DNA of 64,000 nt from Wickerhamiella versatilis (lineage: Eukaryota). The number at the start of each line of letters is the position of its first letter. Positions within the stretch are counted from its first letter, which is position 1. Below the pieces are notes generated by a model. That model made no database searches and was not told where the DNA came from. It saw only the letters and a list, made by a program, of their open reading frames with translations. A program made the position numbers and the translations under genes. This document shows, piece after piece, positions 63,227 to 64,000 of the stretch. The stretch is taken from NCBI GenBank assembly GCA_030867685.1, contig JAQOWU010000008.1:1798001-1862000 (forward strand). Direction: 5' to 3'.

Positions 63227-63356
63227 TTTATTATGACGTTATGTGCCAATGAAATTTACACTCACCTACTGTTGAAATAGAGACTTATTAGTCGTGTGAC
63301 ACTATGTACTTGCTTATCTTCTCTCTTTTTAGGAAATAATAAAAATAAATATAATG

Positions 63357-64000
63357 CTAATCAAAAGCACTTAATCGATCTCGAATACGATCCATTGCCT
63401 CCTGCAACTTCACCAGGACACTTGCACCTATGCGTTGAGTAGAGGGTTCTAATGTTGAAATTTCAGAGCCTATCCAATCATACAGAATCCCAACTTGAGC
63501 TGGAAAACGTTCAAATAGTACGTCAGGGGTACTTTCACAAACACACAATAGAACAATAAACAGAGCTTCTATTACTGCAGGATCGCGTGATGATCGATAG
63601 CCCAGGACTACCTGAACCAGTTCACAAGCCATGTCTTGTTGGTACGCACTGAGACGAGCGTTATGAACAATAAGAGCAAGAGATTTAAGCCACTGTGCGC
63701 CTAACACTGCACCATAACCTTCAAAAGACGGGGCCACAGCAGCTAGTGCATAAAAATACCCAGGGGCAAATTTTCCGAACTCATTACGTTTGGTATTGCT
63801 ACCATTAGCCGTGCTGTTATCTTTTGTCACAATTAGCTGCGTAGCGAACTGAGAGGACAGCCTATCGACGTCACTTATGAAGAGGTTATGCTGTGCGTTA
63901 GGAAGTTGCTTTGACGGACCTTCCTCTATATGGAAGTCACTTAGTTCATATGAAGCGAATACAAACCCACTTAGTATACTAAGTCGTTGTGCTAAGGAAT
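63357..64000 (-). CDS. TEL2: Tel2 (TTT complex), 3' portion; gene continues beyond the window
   Basis: Frame open to the edge, reading SLAQRLSILSG...PSKQLP...RLSS...NEFGKFAPGYFYAL, like the Tel2 C-terminus. Confidence 0.75.
   Translation of the reverse strand, partial: SLAQRLSILSGFVFASYELSDFHIEEGPSKQLPNAQHNLFISDVDRLSSQFATQLIVTKDNSTANGSNTKRNEFGKFAPGYFYALAAVAPSFEGYGAVLGAQWLKSLALIVHNARLSAYQQDMACELVQVVLGYRSSRDPAVIEALFIVLLCVCESTPDVLFERFPAQVGILYDWIGSEISTLEPSTQRIGASVLVKLQEAMDRIRDRLSAFD

Noticed and set aside
1-64000. Bacterial HGT, transposons, CRISPR, tRNA/rRNA, alternative genetic code
   Set aside because: All recognisable proteins are of fungal type; no transposase, LTR/TIR or RNA-gene signatures seen; CTG decoding cannot be judged without alignments.

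Overview
A 64-kb window from an extremely compact, almost intron-free ascomycete yeast genome. The gene density, short branch-to-3'SS introns and fatty alcohol oxidase suggest a Yarrowia-related or Wickerhamiella/Starmerella-like lineage (inference). It holds about 43 mostly single-exon housekeeping genes, from a partial SKI3 at the left end to a partial TEL2 at the right end. No transposon, rRNA, tRNA or CRISPR was seen. The main interest lies between the ORFs. (1) A 1-kb ORF-free gap (22.7-23.65 kb) has a clean spliceosomal intron, a 14+6-nt template-like repeat, a long-range helix and a three-way junction in the order expected for a telomerase RNA; this predicts the telomere repeat GGTTACTAAGGTAT and is unverified. 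(2) Three intron-encoded box C/D snoRNAs are present: two fill 82-nt introns split by a 7-nt exon, and one is snR47/U36-like, upstream of NCE103. (3) Of a tandem hexose-6-P mutarotase pair, one copy has lost both phosphate-binding arginines, and the pair is followed by a small hexokinase-family kinase. (4) A TGA(C/G)T(C/A)A motif recurs next to many start codons in tiny promoters. All gene names come from motif recognition, not database searches.
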